Positions 19,018 through 29,528 of a stretch of DNA of 64,000 bases are shown piece by piece; positions within the stretch are counted from its first letter, which is position 1, and each line of letters opens with the position of its first letter. The notes under the pieces were generated by a model. It was not told the DNA's origin, made no database searches, and saw nothing but the letters and a program-made list of their open reading frames with translations. Position numbers and translations under genes: made by a program. The stretch is taken from NCBI GenBank assembly GCA_016870095.1, contig VGCI01000008.1, forward strand, positions 6,307 through 70,306, read 5' to 3'. This stretch comes from Alphaproteobacteria bacterium. GTDB lineage: Bacteria; Pseudomonadota; Alphaproteobacteria; Paracaedibacterales; VGCI01.

Positions 19018-19458
19018 TTACCCCCTTATAATGCAGTCATAAAAATGATGAACAACTCGCAACGTCGGAGCTTGCATTCCTTGTCCTAAAATTTCTGTTA
19101 CACAAGCAAGAAAGCGAGTTGTAATGGTTTTGTCTACCCCGTTAGTCTCTGGGAAAGAGACTGTCTCACCTTCAAGGACTTGTCTTACTTTTTCTGACAA
19201 TAAGGTCACTTCTTCCATTCCTGAAGATTGTGAAAACGCACTGACTTTGAATTTGAGACGTGCCAAAATAACATTGCGTTTTTGAGTCGGTATAAGCGGC
19301 AAATGAGTCCAAAGCTCTTCCAAATCCACCAATATTAAGGGATAAGTTGGTTGGGGGGGTAAAGCTAGGTGGACGCGGCTTAATACTTCCCTACGAAGCA
19401 ATAACCCTCTAATGGCTGTTAGAACTTGAAAATCACTCATGGTCTTCTCCCAAGACAT
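19018..19458 (-). CDS. phage head-tail joining / tail-terminator-like protein (RcGTA g8 position)
   Basis: 146 aa. Call rests on position and size after the head-closure gene. An alternative ATG at 19440 would overlap the upstream stop by 8 nt. Confidence 0.5.
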   Translation of the reverse strand: MSWEKTMSDFQVLTAIRGLLLRREVLSRVHLALPPQPTYPLILVDLEELWTHLPLIPTQKRNVILARLKFKVSAFSQSSGMEEVTLLSEKVRQVLEGETVSFPETNGVDKTITTRFLACVTEILGQGMQAPTLRVVHHFYDCIIRG

Positions 19459-19768
19459 ACATCCAACATGTCATCCATTGACGTCGTTGATCACTGATAG
19501 GAGGGCATAAAAGTGCAAAAGTCATATTTTGCCATTTCACTCTTACAAAACGCCCCCGTCGAAATCGTAAAACCATTTTAAATTTGAGAGCATTGGACGT
19601 GAAATTATTCCAATTCTCACCATAGACTTCTCGCCCTTCCCAAGGAATAACTTGTGCCCAAACACTATCACCTTCCTGCCAGAATTCTTTAAATGACCCA
19701 TTAGACTCCTCGATTACGCGCCGTTTTATTAACACCACTCGATCACGTAATTGATGTATTTTTGTCAT
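19433..19768 (-). CDS. phage head-closure / head-tail adaptor protein (Phage_H_T_join type)
   Basis: 111 aa. 'LRDRVVLIKR...W...VWAQVIPWEGREV...KFKMVLRFRRG' follows the pattern of SPP1 gp16/HK97-type head-closure proteins. Confidence 0.75.
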   Translation of the reverse strand: MTKIHQLRDRVVLIKRRVIEESNGSFKEFWQEGDSVWAQVIPWEGREVYGENWNNFTSNALKFKMVLRFRRGRFVRVKWQNMTFALLCPPISDQRRQWMTCWMYVLGEDHE

Positions 19769-20328
19769 GACAGCCGCACAATCCGATAACTATCCAATAT
19801 GTCCCGGGCCAATGTTTGACATGGCATCGAGCCTGATTCTCTATTTTCATAAAAATCTGCCACTGTCATAAGAATGGATTGTCGAATCACAGCGGGAATA
19901 TCTAATGGTCGATCGCCGTAACCTGTCTCAAAATCAATCTCAACAGGTTCAAGAACCTCAGCAAATACTAATCGAGGAACCAGATGATTTATTTCCAATC
20001 GATGTCGTCGTATGGGCTGTTTGGCTCCCTGACTCATTAAACGATTTACGCCTAATATTGCCCGTAAAGGGGGATAAGGAAGCGCGACTGAACATATATC
20101 TCCAATAGTTGTTGATAATTGGGGCGGATAAGATTTCTCCTTTTCCCAAATTATTCGCCATTGTTGAGTCAGTAATGAACGCCCCAGATACTCCTCTACA
20201 AAACTGACAGCTGCCAAAATAAGGGGGCGTAAATATTCATCCTCATGAGCATGGTCAAGGCGCAAGTGCGCCTTGACCTCTGTAAGTCCAACGGGAAGGA
20301 TATCTAGTGTTTTTATCCGTGTCAGCAT
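19765..20328 (-). CDS. phage gp6-like head-tail connector protein
   Basis: 187 aa. 'EVKAHLRLDHAHEDEYLRPLILAAVSFVEEYLGRSL' is the typical Phage_connect_1 N-terminal helix pair. Confidence 0.75.
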   Translation of the reverse strand: MLTRIKTLDILPVGLTEVKAHLRLDHAHEDEYLRPLILAAVSFVEEYLGRSLLTQQWRIIWEKEKSYPPQLSTTIGDICSVALPYPPLRAILGVNRLMSQGAKQPIRRHRLEINHLVPRLVFAEVLEPVEIDFETGYGDRPLDIPAVIRQSILMTVADFYENRESGSMPCQTLARDILDSYRIVRLS

Positions 20329-20331
20329 GGA

Positions 20332-21522
20332 TTATGCCTTCAAAAAATGAATTAATTTGAGAGCTTCAAAATTGATGACATCTCCCCCTACGCGCTTCGT
20401 GGCATAAAACTCTACATAGGGCTTGGCGCTAAAGGGATCGCGCAAAACATGTAATCCAGCTCGATCCACAATTTGATAGGCTTCTCGAAAATTACCAAAC
20501 GCTATAGCTGTCGTAGATTTTTTTGCGTCAAGCCCTGGCATATCATCTGCTATAAGTACAGGAAATCCTAATAAAGTTGCCGGTGTGCCCTCGATCATAC
20601 TGGGCTGCCATAAATATTGACGGTTTTCACCTTTAAGTTTGCGAATAGATGCCATTGCTGAACGTGACATTAGCCAAGTTGCGCCAGGAAGATATTGTGC
20701 TTTTAAAGCATGAAAAGCATCAACGAGAACATCTCCATCTGTAAGTGCATCACCGGCTTTTGAGATGACCGCTTCAAATTTTCCCCACTCTCCTTTGCCA
20801 ATTTCAACAAGATCATACGTCAAAAACCCCTTGGGCTTCCCAACGCCATCTCCTGTAACAAAAGCAGAATTTTCCATCAATGTCATTTTTTCAGCAATTT
20901 TTTCAGCTAACCAAGATTCAATATCTACACTTGAATCATCCAACAATTTTTGACTTGCTCGCGGTTTTGCATAGATTTGGTGAACGGGAATCCGTATTTT
21001 TTTTAATTCAGGTGTCCCTGTTTCTGGCCGATCTGCGGTTTCTGCGACCCATCCGACATCCGCAAAACCTTTTTCTTGCAAAAACTCTAGCCCATCCGTC
21101 GAAATACTCATAACCTTTGATAAAGAGCGCATTGGAGAATTTATGACAATGGTGGAATGTATTTTATCTAACATGTTGTGAGGAATTAGGTATCCCCCAC
21201 TTGCATCATTGAGACTTGTTAAAGATTTTTGCTCTATTCCTTCCATCCCTTTACGAACATAAGAGAAAAAAGCGTTTTTATCTGCGCTCTCCAGTTCGGA
21301 AACTCCTGAAAATTGGGGTCTCTTCCCCGCTATCTCAAGCTGCACTAATCGACCTTGCGCCTTCTCCAGCACTTCATTCAATCGATTAACTTTTTCTTCT
21401 ACAAGAGGATCTGTACTCCCTTTCGTTTCTAAAAGTCCCAGACGGTGATCATTTGCGGCTTTAAAATCTTCAAATGCCTGATGAAGTGTTTCCACTGCTT
21501 CTCTAACAATCTGTACTGTCAT
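20332..21522 (-). CDS. phage major capsid protein, HK97 family
   Basis: 396 aa. N-terminal coiled delta-domain-like region, then 'GGYLIP', 'ASQKLLDDS', 'GDGVGKPKGFL' and 'RVGGDVINFEA', which are typical of HK97-fold capsids. Confidence 0.9.
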   Translation of the reverse strand: MTVQIVREAVETLHQAFEDFKAANDHRLGLLETKGSTDPLVEEKVNRLNEVLEKAQGRLVQLEIAGKRPQFSGVSELESADKNAFFSYVRKGMEGIEQKSLTSLNDASGGYLIPHNMLDKIHSTIVINSPMRSLSKVMSISTDGLEFLQEKGFADVGWVAETADRPETGTPELKKIRIPVHQIYAKPRASQKLLDDSSVDIESWLAEKIAEKMTLMENSAFVTGDGVGKPKGFLTYDLVEIGKGEWGKFEAVISKAGDALTDGDVLVDAFHALKAQYLPGATWLMSRSAMASIRKLKGENRQYLWQPSMIEGTPATLLGFPVLIADDMPGLDAKKSTTAIAFGNFREAYQIVDRAGLHVLRDPFSAKPYVEFYATKRVGGDVINFEALKLIHFLKA

Positions 21523-21690
21523 TATGAATTCCTTTCTAAACTACCTTTTCATATTTTCCCCTGGTCTATATGTTTGTTGAGCTCCTCTAAAACTATTGTA
21601 AAATTGTATTGTAAACTCTTGTATTCCCGTCCTGTGGCAATATTTATTTTTGAAACAACCCTCAAGTTGATTTTGGATATTTACAGATAT

Positions 21691-22233
21691 TTAATTATTC
21701 AGCAGCTCAGTTAAACGTACCAATTGATTTTTCAAATTGATAATTTCAGGATCGTTCCTCTTGACTCGATCGACTTTAGCTAACGGATTAGCAGCAAAAG
21801 TCACGAGAGAAACTTCCTGCAAAATCACCTCCTCTAGAACACGTAATTTTATCGCTCCATTTTTTCCTTCCTTTCTCCTAGCCCTAACGGTTAAGAAACC
21901 AATAGATAAGCTATCCACAACACCATTTTTTAGTAAACTATAAGCTTCGCGCCCTTGGGAAAGCTCCAAGATCAATTGACCTTTGACATATAAGCCGTGG
22001 GTGTCTTCTCGAATTTCTTGCCACAACCCAATCGGTTGCCGACAATCATGCTGCCAGAGGAGTTTTGGTTTTTTCCCTGATCGTTCCCATTCTTTTAAAG
22101 AAATATCAAAAGCCCCTGAAGCCACTTCTTCGCCTTGACTATCTGTAATCCCAAACACAGAAGCATAGCCGCTGAAAGTTCCATCAGCATCCCAAGTTTT
22201 TACTGATAAAGGATAATCAATCATTTTATTCAT
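21691..22233 (-). CDS. HK97-family phage prohead protease
   Basis: 180 aa. 'FSGYASVFGITDSQGEEVASGAF', 'LLWQHD...PIG', 'GLYVKGQL' and 'LSIGF' match the prohead serine protease (S78) pattern. Confidence 0.9.
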   Translation of the reverse strand: MNKMIDYPLSVKTWDADGTFSGYASVFGITDSQGEEVASGAFDISLKEWERSGKKPKLLWQHDCRQPIGLWQEIREDTHGLYVKGQLILELSQGREAYSLLKNGVVDSLSIGFLTVRARRKEGKNGAIKLRVLEEVILQEVSLVTFAANPLAKVDRVKRNDPEIINLKNQLVRLTELLNN

Positions 22234-23450
22234 AGAGCTGGCCCTTGGACAGCCGAAGAAACAAGAACATCTCCCCCACTTAATGGTCCGTATCCAACCC
22301 CTTGGCGCTTTTCATTAAGGGTGAGAAAATTTGCAGATGCTATTTTTGACCAAACAGCTTCACGTCGTTCTGCAAGAGCTGGAATAGCATCTGTATTGTA
22401 GCTTAAACATATTCCTTCTTCAAAAAAGGGCGCTAACCACAGGTTAAATTCCGCAACAAAAAACTCCAGTAAAGGTATAATTGTATCTTCCCAAAGATGA
22501 AACCGAGCTTCCTTGTAATTGGCAAATGTTGCATCCCCTGGAACTCCCACTAACATAGGGGGAATGCCATAACTTTGGGCGATTTCCCGGGCTGTGAGAT
22601 TTTTACCCTCAATAAAATCTAAGTCTTTAGGGGATAATCCCATTTCCCGCCAATCACAATCCCCTTCAAGAATAAGCATTTGCCCTGCATTTTTATGGCC
22701 TGCATAAATTTCCCGTAAATCTTGCCTTAAAGACTCTCGCTGGACTTCACTCATGGCACGGGAATGCGGAGTGGGTCGTATAATGAGCCCCCCGCTGGGG
22801 CGTCCGCCATTTTGTAACAATGCTAAATTGTGCCCCGCTACAGCATTATGTTGATCAATACTTTGTGCAGCTGCCTCAATGGGGCTCATGCCATACCAGT
22901 CATTTAGGGGATGAAAATTTTTGAGATGGAGAATACAAGATTGCCCGGTAATCGGGTTACAATTAATAGTTTTATGAACTCCCCCAACGGTATACTGATA
23001 TCCCATCGGCAAGCCAGCTGATCCAGGAATGATTTTGATTCGATCGGGTCGTAAGGGATGCAGCTCCGTTGGAATGCCATCCTGATTAAGCACAGCTTCA
23101 ATATAGGTATTCCCGGCTAAGAGCAAATAACCCACGACGGATTCCATAAATGAGGAACCGGCTTGGCGAGGGCTGGGACAATTGAGAAGATCTAATAAAG
23201 GATGAGTTTCGAGTTCATTTGAGCCTCTATATAAAAGCCAGGGAACGCTGCTCAATCCTCGAGCAATAAGATTGACACATCGATAAACGATCACGTTCTT
23301 CTGATAACCTTCTGCGGCCAGCGAATCATATCGACGTGGTGTCCATACAGGATTTCCCATTGTACCACAGACAACAAGTGGCCCCACACAACTTGACTTT
23401 TGTGGAAACAATCCATTGCGAGAAATAAAGGACTTCAGAAATGTTTTCAT
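22230..23450 (-). CDS. phage portal protein, HK97 family
   Basis: 406 aa. 'YQKNVIVYRCVNLIA', 'GNTYIE', 'NDWYGMSPIEAA', 'GGRPSGGL' and 'FANYKEARFHLWEDTIIPL' are portal-family motifs. RBS GAGGG upstream. Confidence 0.9.
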   Translation of the reverse strand: MKTFLKSFISRNGLFPQKSSCVGPLVVCGTMGNPVWTPRRYDSLAAEGYQKNVIVYRCVNLIARGLSSVPWLLYRGSNELETHPLLDLLNCPSPRQAGSSFMESVVGYLLLAGNTYIEAVLNQDGIPTELHPLRPDRIKIIPGSAGLPMGYQYTVGGVHKTINCNPITGQSCILHLKNFHPLNDWYGMSPIEAAAQSIDQHNAVAGHNLALLQNGGRPSGGLIIRPTPHSRAMSEVQRESLRQDLREIYAGHKNAGQMLILEGDCDWREMGLSPKDLDFIEGKNLTAREIAQSYGIPPMLVGVPGDATFANYKEARFHLWEDTIIPLLEFFVAEFNLWLAPFFEEGICLSYNTDAIPALAERREAVWSKIASANFLTLNEKRQGVGYGPLSGGDVLVSSAVQGPAL

Positions 23451-23554
23451 CAGATAACCCTCTTTCGTTTCATTACGAAAAAGGTCTATCGATTGCCCCT
23501 ACAATTTGTCAAATATTACAAATGCCCATTAAGTAATTTCAAGCCAAATTGATA

Positions 23555-24364
23555 TTATCGTTGGGAATTTGAGACTTTATCAGCGCATTGAAAATTATGA
23601 TCGTCACTTCGGGATAGTGCTGGAATATTATCGATTTCTTGTTGATCTAATCCAATTTTTTTAAAAGCATCTGTGTATTCAGCTTGAGTGGCTCGAACTT
23701 CTACTAACATTTTGCTCATTATATCCGAGGGTTTCGTACGTTGCGTGCCTTCCCATTCAGCGATTTTTTGTTTATTTCCAGCGAACAGCTTGATGTCATT
23801 ACATAAACTATCTCCCTGGCCGGCGCCTCCCCGCTCCTTTTTAATACAAGAGTCAACTTCTCTAAGATCCAAACCGCATGTTTTTGAATGGTTAATAATA
23901 CCTTCTCCAATAATTTTTCCTTTATAAACCTGACCTTCTTTAATTTTTTTACAACTAAAATTATCAATTTGATTGGTATCAAGAGCCGGAATTTTACCAA
24001 TTTGCTCGGGGCTTAAGCCACCTATCATTAGTTTATCCAAAATAATTTTCTGTTTTCCAGAAAGTTCAACAATTCTTTTCTTTTGAGATCGCGCATTGAG
24101 AAAGGCAGAATTATTCTTCATAGATTGATTGGCTGCTTGTAATTGCTTGTTATTACTTGCATAAGTAACAATATCATTACAAAAATCCTTAGTCTTTTTA
24201 TCCGCTAAATTTTTTTCTTTACTGACCAAACATTTCCGTAATTCTTGCGGACTTATGCCACAATCCATTGTTGGATCCAGTATTTGCGCAGGAGATAAAG
24301 CTTGTCCTGAAGTTACCATCGTAATGAAACAAACCGTTGTAAAAGTTTTAGGTAAATATTTCAT
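23555..24364 (-). CDS. hypothetical secreted Cys-containing protein with an internal two-fold module duplication
   Basis: I moved the start to the ATG at 24364, after a GGGGGGA RBS, which gives the signal peptide 'MKYLPKTFTTVCFITMVTSGQALS'. There are two modules of about 115 aa, each with the pattern CG-x8-C ... CNDI ... IPAL ... NF-x-C. Confidence 0.65.
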   Translation of the reverse strand: MKYLPKTFTTVCFITMVTSGQALSPAQILDPTMDCGISPQELRKCLVSKEKNLADKKTKDFCNDIVTYASNNKQLQAANQSMKNNSAFLNARSQKKRIVELSGKQKIILDKLMIGGLSPEQIGKIPALDTNQIDNFSCKKIKEGQVYKGKIIGEGIINHSKTCGLDLREVDSCIKKERGGAGQGDSLCNDIKLFAGNKQKIAEWEGTQRTKPSDIMSKMLVEVRATQAEYTDAFKKIGLDQQEIDNIPALSRSDDHNFQCADKVSNSQR

Positions 24365-24534
24365 GATTGTCCCCCCGAGACATATTAATTTTTGATGCAT
24401 AATCATAAATAAATAATAAATTCAAAAAATTAATGCCTGCTTAAGAAGTATTATTTAAAAGAATTAAATGAATGGTGCTTGTCGTTACCTTATTTTAAAG
24501 AAACGAGAAAAATGAACTGAATTTATAGAAATTC

Positions 24535-25737
24535 TTAGGCTAAGGCAAGGACAGCCTTTTGAATTCGGTTGCAAGCTTCACGCAAAAGCTCCGTATCTAT
24601 AGCATAAGATATACGAAAATAGGGAGATAGCCCAAAAGAATCTCCGCTAACTGAAGCAATGCCTCCCTCCTCCAATAAATAGAGCACAAATTCATTATCT
24701 GTGCTTAATAATTGACCGCGCGGAGTTTTTTTACCCATTACACCCTCACAAGAAATATAAAGATAAAAAGCTCCTTCAGGCTTAAAACACGACAAACCCG
24801 GCGTAGCATTAATAATTTCAAGCGCTAAATCCCGCCGAAATTGAAATGTTTGCACCCAAGAGCTGATAAATTCATGGGAACCGGATAAAGCCGTAACAGC
24901 CGCTGCTTGAGAAATTGAGCAGGCGTTAGAGGTGCTATGGGACTGAATCATAGTAATCGCCTTTATTAATGGCTTTGGCCCCCCAGCATAGCCGATACGC
25001 CACCCGGTCATGGCATAAGATTTTGATACGCCATTAACCGTTAAAATTCGATTTTTTAAGTTGGGAACGACGGTAGCAAGTGTTGCAAAAGCAACTTTGT
25101 CATAGACCAAATACTCATAGATATCATCACAAATTACGTAGACATGAGGGTGTCGTAGAAGAACTTCTCCCAACTCCCGAAGTTGTTCTTCAAGGTAAAC
25201 TCGCCCTGTTGGATTCCCGGGAGAGTTTAATATGAGCCATTTTGTTTGCTTTGTAATGGCATTTTCTAGGCTGGCTGGTGTTAATTTAAAATGATCTTCT
25301 TCCCCACAATGTACAATTACACTTTTGCCAGAACAAATGTGAACCATATCCGGATATGATACCCAGTAAGGAGCCGGAATAATAACCTCATCTCCTTCTT
25401 GAACAGTGGCCAGGAGAGCATTAAAAATGACCTGTTTGGCACCGTTTCCTACGGTGATTTCATCCAAACTATAAGACAGCTGATTATCTTTCAAAAATTT
25501 TTCTTGTATGGCTTTTCTTAGAAGTACCGTTCCCTCTATAGGTGTGTATTTTGTTTGTCCTTTATTCAGGGCCTCAACCGCACCTTGCTTTATAGGATCG
25601 GGTGTATCAAAATCAGGTTCTCCAGCACTTAAGCTAATAACATCCAGACCTTGAGCCTTAAGTTCAGCTGCTCTTGCCGTCATAGCTAACGTTGGTGATG
25701 GATGAATGCATTTTAAACGATTAGCCAAGAAATCCAT
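24535..25737 (-). CDS. aspartate/aromatic aminotransferase (class I, PLP-dependent)
   Basis: About 400 aa from the ATG at 25737 (RBS GAGGAG). 'SAGEPDF', 'YTPIEG', 'NPGNPTG' and 'SKSYAMTGWRIGY' (PLP lysine) are AatA/AspC motifs. Confidence 0.9.
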   Translation of the reverse strand: MDFLANRLKCIHPSPTLAMTARAAELKAQGLDVISLSAGEPDFDTPDPIKQGAVEALNKGQTKYTPIEGTVLLRKAIQEKFLKDNQLSYSLDEITVGNGAKQVIFNALLATVQEGDEVIIPAPYWVSYPDMVHICSGKSVIVHCGEEDHFKLTPASLENAITKQTKWLILNSPGNPTGRVYLEEQLRELGEVLLRHPHVYVICDDIYEYLVYDKVAFATLATVVPNLKNRILTVNGVSKSYAMTGWRIGYAGGPKPLIKAITMIQSHSTSNACSISQAAAVTALSGSHEFISSWVQTFQFRRDLALEIINATPGLSCFKPEGAFYLYISCEGVMGKKTPRGQLLSTDNEFVLYLLEEGGIASVSGDSFGLSPYFRISYAIDTELLREACNRIQKAVLALA

Positions 25738-25917
25738 GGGGACGCTCCTCAATATCATAAGACAAGTACATAAAATCCGTTCTAGCACACCTTATCTTTC
25801 TAGACAATCTCGGCTTGAAATGGACTTTTTTAAAAAGAACTCTATTGAAATCCTGTACTTTTTCTAGGGAAAAGAGTACAAATGATAAGGAAATAAGCCA
25901 TCTGATACTGAGCGAAT

Positions 25918-28158
25918 ATGAGCAAACGACAAAATAATGATATTTCTTTTGAACAAGCCTTAAGCGAACGATACCTGGCTTATGCTTTATCGACAATTAC
26001 GTCACGATCTCTGCCCGATGTGCGCGATGGGCTAAAGCCTGTGCACCGTCGGTTAATATACGCTATGCAGCAATTACGGTTAAATCCAAATTCTAGCTTT
26101 AAAAAGTCGGCTCGAGTAGTGGGTGACGTCATGGGTAAATTTCACCCGCATGGTGATCAATCCATTTATGATGCCCTTGTCCGCCAAGCTCAAGATTTCT
26201 CTATGCGCTATCCCCTGATTGATGGTCAAGGAAACTTTGGTAACATTGATGGCGACAACGCAGCTGCCATGCGATATACAGAAGCTCGACTGACTGAAGT
26301 TGCTTCTCTCCTCATGGAGGGGATAGATGAAAACGCCATTGATTTTCGTGCAACTTATGACGGCGAATCTGATGAACCAATCGTGTTTCCTGCCGCTTTT
26401 CCCAATTTGCTGGCTAACGGTTCAAATGGTATTGCCGTGGGAATGGCAACGTCTATCCCTCCCCACAACCTAGCTGAACTTTGCCAGGGTTTGATGCTAC
26501 TGATTGATAAACCTGAGGCCACAATCGCTGATTTGATGACTCTCATTCCTGGCCCCGACTTCCCCACAGGTGGGATTTTGACTGAAGGCAAAGAATCCAT
26601 CTTAAAAAGCTATGAAACGGGTCGTGGTAGTTTTCGATTAAGAGCTCGCTGGGAAACAGAACAAGTCAAAGGTGGCACTTATCGTATTGTTATTACACAA
26701 ATTCCTTATCAGGTAGGCAAATCCAAACTCATTGAGAAAATTGCCGACTTACTGTCTGAAAAGAAACTTCCCCTTCTTAATGATGTGATCGATGAATCAA
26801 CAGATGATATTCGTGTCGTCCTGGAACCCAAAAGTAGATCCGTTGATCCTGAAGTTCTTATGGAGTCACTGTTCCGTCATACCGACCTTGAAGCGCGTAT
26901 TTCTCTCAACATGAATGTTCTTGATGGAGGAAAAACACCAAAAGTCATGGACTTAAAACAAGTTCTTCAAGCTTTCCTCAACCATCGCCGGGAAGTTCTT
27001 ACACGCCGAACTACGTACCGGCTAAAACAAATTGTTGATAGGTTGGAAGTTCTTGAAGGTTATTTGGTTGCTTACCTCAATATTGATGAGGTTATCCGCA
27101 TCATACGGGAAGAAGATGAACCGAAACCAATCATGATGGCTCAATTTAAACTGTCTGATATACAAGCTGAAGCAATATTAAATATGCGCCTACGCAGCTT
27201 ACGCAAACTGCAAGAAATTGAAATTCGCCAAGAACACGCTAGCCTCACCCAAGAGCACTCAATCCTCACAGATCTGCTACAAAGTCCTGCCAAACAATGG
27301 AAGCGCATTAAGACAGATATTAAGGAAATTGAAAAGCGTTTTGGTCAGAATACGCTTCTTGGGGCGCGGCGCACAACTCTAGCTGAAGCTCCTCAAGTCG
27401 TTATTGTTCCCATTGAAGCGATTATCGAACGAGAAGACGTTACGATCATTTGTTCGGAAAAAGGATGGATTCGCGCTATTAAAGGCCATCAAATTGCTGC
27501 AGATGATTTAAAATATAAAGATGGGGACGAAGGTCGATATGTTATTCCTGCTCAAACTACTGACAAAGTGATGATCTTTGCCACCAATGGTCGCTTTTAT
27601 ACCGTTGGTGTAGACAAACTTTCCCGCGGTCGCGGACATGGAGAGCCTTTACGTCTTATGATTGACCTCGACAATACAGAAGAAATTATTGAAATGATGA
27701 TCCTGAAGCCAGGCGAATCTCAAGAACCGTCTCAATATTTATTGGCCTCATCGGAAGGACGAGGATTTCTTGTATCGGCTCAAGATGTATTATCTCAGAC
27801 ACGGGGAGGCCGCCAAGTTATGCTTTTAAGCGGTGATGCAAAAGCAAAATACTGTTTCCCTGTAAAACACACATCGCCCAATCAATTAATAGGTATTATT
27901 GGCGAAAATCGAAAACTAGTTATCTATCCTGTCTCGGAAATTCCTGCTTTGACAAAAGGTAGGGGAGTTACTCTTCAAAAGTATCGACAAGGCACGTTAT
28001 CAGATATCAAAATTTTTCAAGAGCAAGATGGGCTAACGTGGACTCGCAATGGAAAATTACAAAAGGAAATGGATTTGCGACCCTGGCGTGCACGTAGAGG
28101 TGCGATAGGACGCCTGGCTCCCATTGGCTTTCCTCGCAATAATAAGTTTGAAGGCTAA
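25918..28158 (+). CDS. parC: DNA topoisomerase IV subunit A
   Basis: 746 aa. '[19 protein letters not shown]', 'HPHGD' and '[10 protein letters not shown]' (catalytic Tyr). Length and the absence of a GyrA box favour ParC over GyrA. Confidence 0.9.
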   Translation: MSKRQNNDISFEQALSERYLAYALSTITSRSLPDVRDGLKPVHRRLIYAMQQLRLNPNSSFKKSARVVGDVMGKFHPHGDQSIYDALVRQAQDFSMRYPLIDGQGNFGNIDGDNAAAMRYTEARLTEVASLLMEGIDENAIDFRATYDGESDEPIVFPAAFPNLLANGSNGIAVGMATSIPPHNLAELCQGLMLLIDKPEATIADLMTLIPGPDFPTGGILTEGKESILKSYETGRGSFRLRARWETEQVKGGTYRIVITQIPYQVGKSKLIEKIADLLSEKKLPLLNDVIDESTDDIRVVLEPKSRSVDPEVLMESLFRHTDLEARISLNMNVLDGGKTPKVMDLKQVLQAFLNHRREVLTRRTTYRLKQIVDRLEVLEGYLVAYLNIDEVIRIIREEDEPKPIMMAQFKLSDIQAEAILNMRLRSLRKLQEIEIRQEHASLTQEHSILTDLLQSPAKQWKRIKTDIKEIEKRFGQNTLLGARRTTLAEAPQVVIVPIEAIIEREDVTIICSEKGWIRAIKGHQIAADDLKYKDGDEGRYVIPAQTTDKVMIFATNGRFYTVGVDKLSRGRGHGEPLRLMIDLDNTEEIIEMMILKPGESQEPSQYLLASSEGRGFLVSAQDVLSQTRGGRQVMLLSGDAKAKYCFPVKHTSPNQLIGIIGENRKLVIYPVSEIPALTKGRGVTLQKYRQGTLSDIKIFQEQDGLTWTRNGKLQKEMDLRPWRARRGAIGRLAPIGFPRNNKFEG

Positions 28159-28231
28159 AACCCTTTTCATGAAATCTTAACATTATATCATTATACTCAA
28201 AGGTACGTTACTTTTGAGGATGAATATTTTT

Positions 28232-29452
28232 ATGAATACCCGCTTATTCATTTGGTTGACCACTGTCTTTGGGACATCGTCAATTCTTGGGGCACAACCT
28301 ACAGGCCCTTCGAATATTTATGATAAAGACGCCCGCAATCAAATACTACAAGCGCAAAAGCAAAATACTGACGTAGCTACTCAACAAAGAATAGATACAA
28401 GAGCAAAGGGAAGAGAAATTCAAGCGAAAGCTGATGTCGTTGTAAATGTTACAAATGAAATCCAAGACTTGATTCGCAAAGCCCCTTTAAGTATTCAACA
28501 GCAAAATGCGACAACAGTCGTTGCTGTTTTAAATCAAGTTGTTCAAGGTGCAGGTGTTCTTTTCCGCGCTTATGGCCGTCGCAAAGAGGCATTACAAACA
28601 ATTATGGGTACGAATGAACAAATTTTAGAAGCTGCCATAAAATCTTATGAAAAAATTCAAGCGCAATCTGTAATTCTTGAAAAACTAATAGGCCCAACTA
28701 CCATTCAAAGCGCCATGAAAAAAGCTCAAAATTTAACAGGAAACAAAAGTCAAATTATATCTGGCTTGTTAAATCCTGCCAATTATTTGAATACCTTTGT
28801 TGCGTTTACAGATAGCTTATTGATAACAGATAATAAAGCTGATCGCTGGGAAAAGATAAAGTTGGCTTCAAAGTCATTGAGCGAAGAGCAAAGCCGTTTT
28901 GACGATTACATTGCTCTGTTAGAGCTCAAAGTCTTAGAAAACATGATGATGGAATACCATCGCATAGAAAATTTTAATACGGTAAAAAATCCTAATAAAA
29001 ACCAAGAGAACCCTCAAGGATACATAAATATTTTGAAAACGTCTTTTGCAACTCTGGGTGAAGCCATTAGAATTACTGACCAGAAAATTTTGGCCTTAAA
29101 AGCAGATCCACCCAAAGGAAATGTTCTTAATAAATTCAAGAAAGTGGTCGGCAAGGATTCGCAGACACTCAATAATCAGACATTAAGTGCCTTAACAGCT
29201 GAAAGAGAAAAGTATGTGAAACAGAAGCAAGATTTAGAAGATAAAATTGCCTATTATCAAGATCAGTCAACTACCCTAGACCCCAAAAAAATTGCTGAAG
29301 GGAAAGCAAACACGTTAGCGCAAATTAAATCAATTCAAATGGCACGCGTTTCTAAAGCAAATTTAAATGATTTGGTACAACAAGTTGTACAATTAACCAA
29401 CCAAGTCACCCAACTTCAAAATGACCTCAAAACTTTAAAGAAAACCCCATAA
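28232..29452 (+). CDS. hypothetical secreted alpha-helical / coiled-coil protein
   Basis: ATG at 28232 lies 11 nt after GAGGA and gives the signal peptide 'MNTRLFIWLTTVFGTSSILGA'. The rest is Q/K/N-rich and helical. I recognise no family. Confidence 0.6.
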   Translation: MNTRLFIWLTTVFGTSSILGAQPTGPSNIYDKDARNQILQAQKQNTDVATQQRIDTRAKGREIQAKADVVVNVTNEIQDLIRKAPLSIQQQNATTVVAVLNQVVQGAGVLFRAYGRRKEALQTIMGTNEQILEAAIKSYEKIQAQSVILEKLIGPTTIQSAMKKAQNLTGNKSQIISGLLNPANYLNTFVAFTDSLLITDNKADRWEKIKLASKSLSEEQSRFDDYIALLELKVLENMMMEYHRIENFNTVKNPNKNQENPQGYINILKTSFATLGEAIRITDQKILALKADPPKGNVLNKFKKVVGKDSQTLNNQTLSALTAEREKYVKQKQDLEDKIAYYQDQSTTLDPKKIAEGKANTLAQIKSIQMARVSKANLNDLVQQVVQLTNQVTQLQNDLKTLKKTP

Positions 29453-29528
29453 ATATTCGTGTTCAAATAAACTTTGTTATAAAAAACTAAATGAACTGAC
29501 TCTTTTAAAGTCTACATAAATTGGCTTT

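Larger units (their letters stand above)
13359..23450 (-). mobile_element. degraded HK97/RcGTA-like prophage or gene-transfer-agent-like structural cluster
   Basis: Co-oriented portal, prohead protease, major capsid, gp6-like adaptor, head-closure protein, tail-region ORFs, SleB-type hydrolase and holin-like gene. No terminase, tape-measure or integrase gene is in the window. The cluster is interrupted by a plus-strand EamA gene and by in-frame stops. Confidence 0.75.

Noticed and set aside
25721-25996. 91-aa minus-strand ORF spanning the aminotransferase/parC divergent promoter region.
   Set aside because: It overlaps the parC start and the extended, incorrect N-terminus of the aminotransferase ORF. 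It has no RBS, and the real aminotransferase start at 25737 has a GAGGAG RBS.
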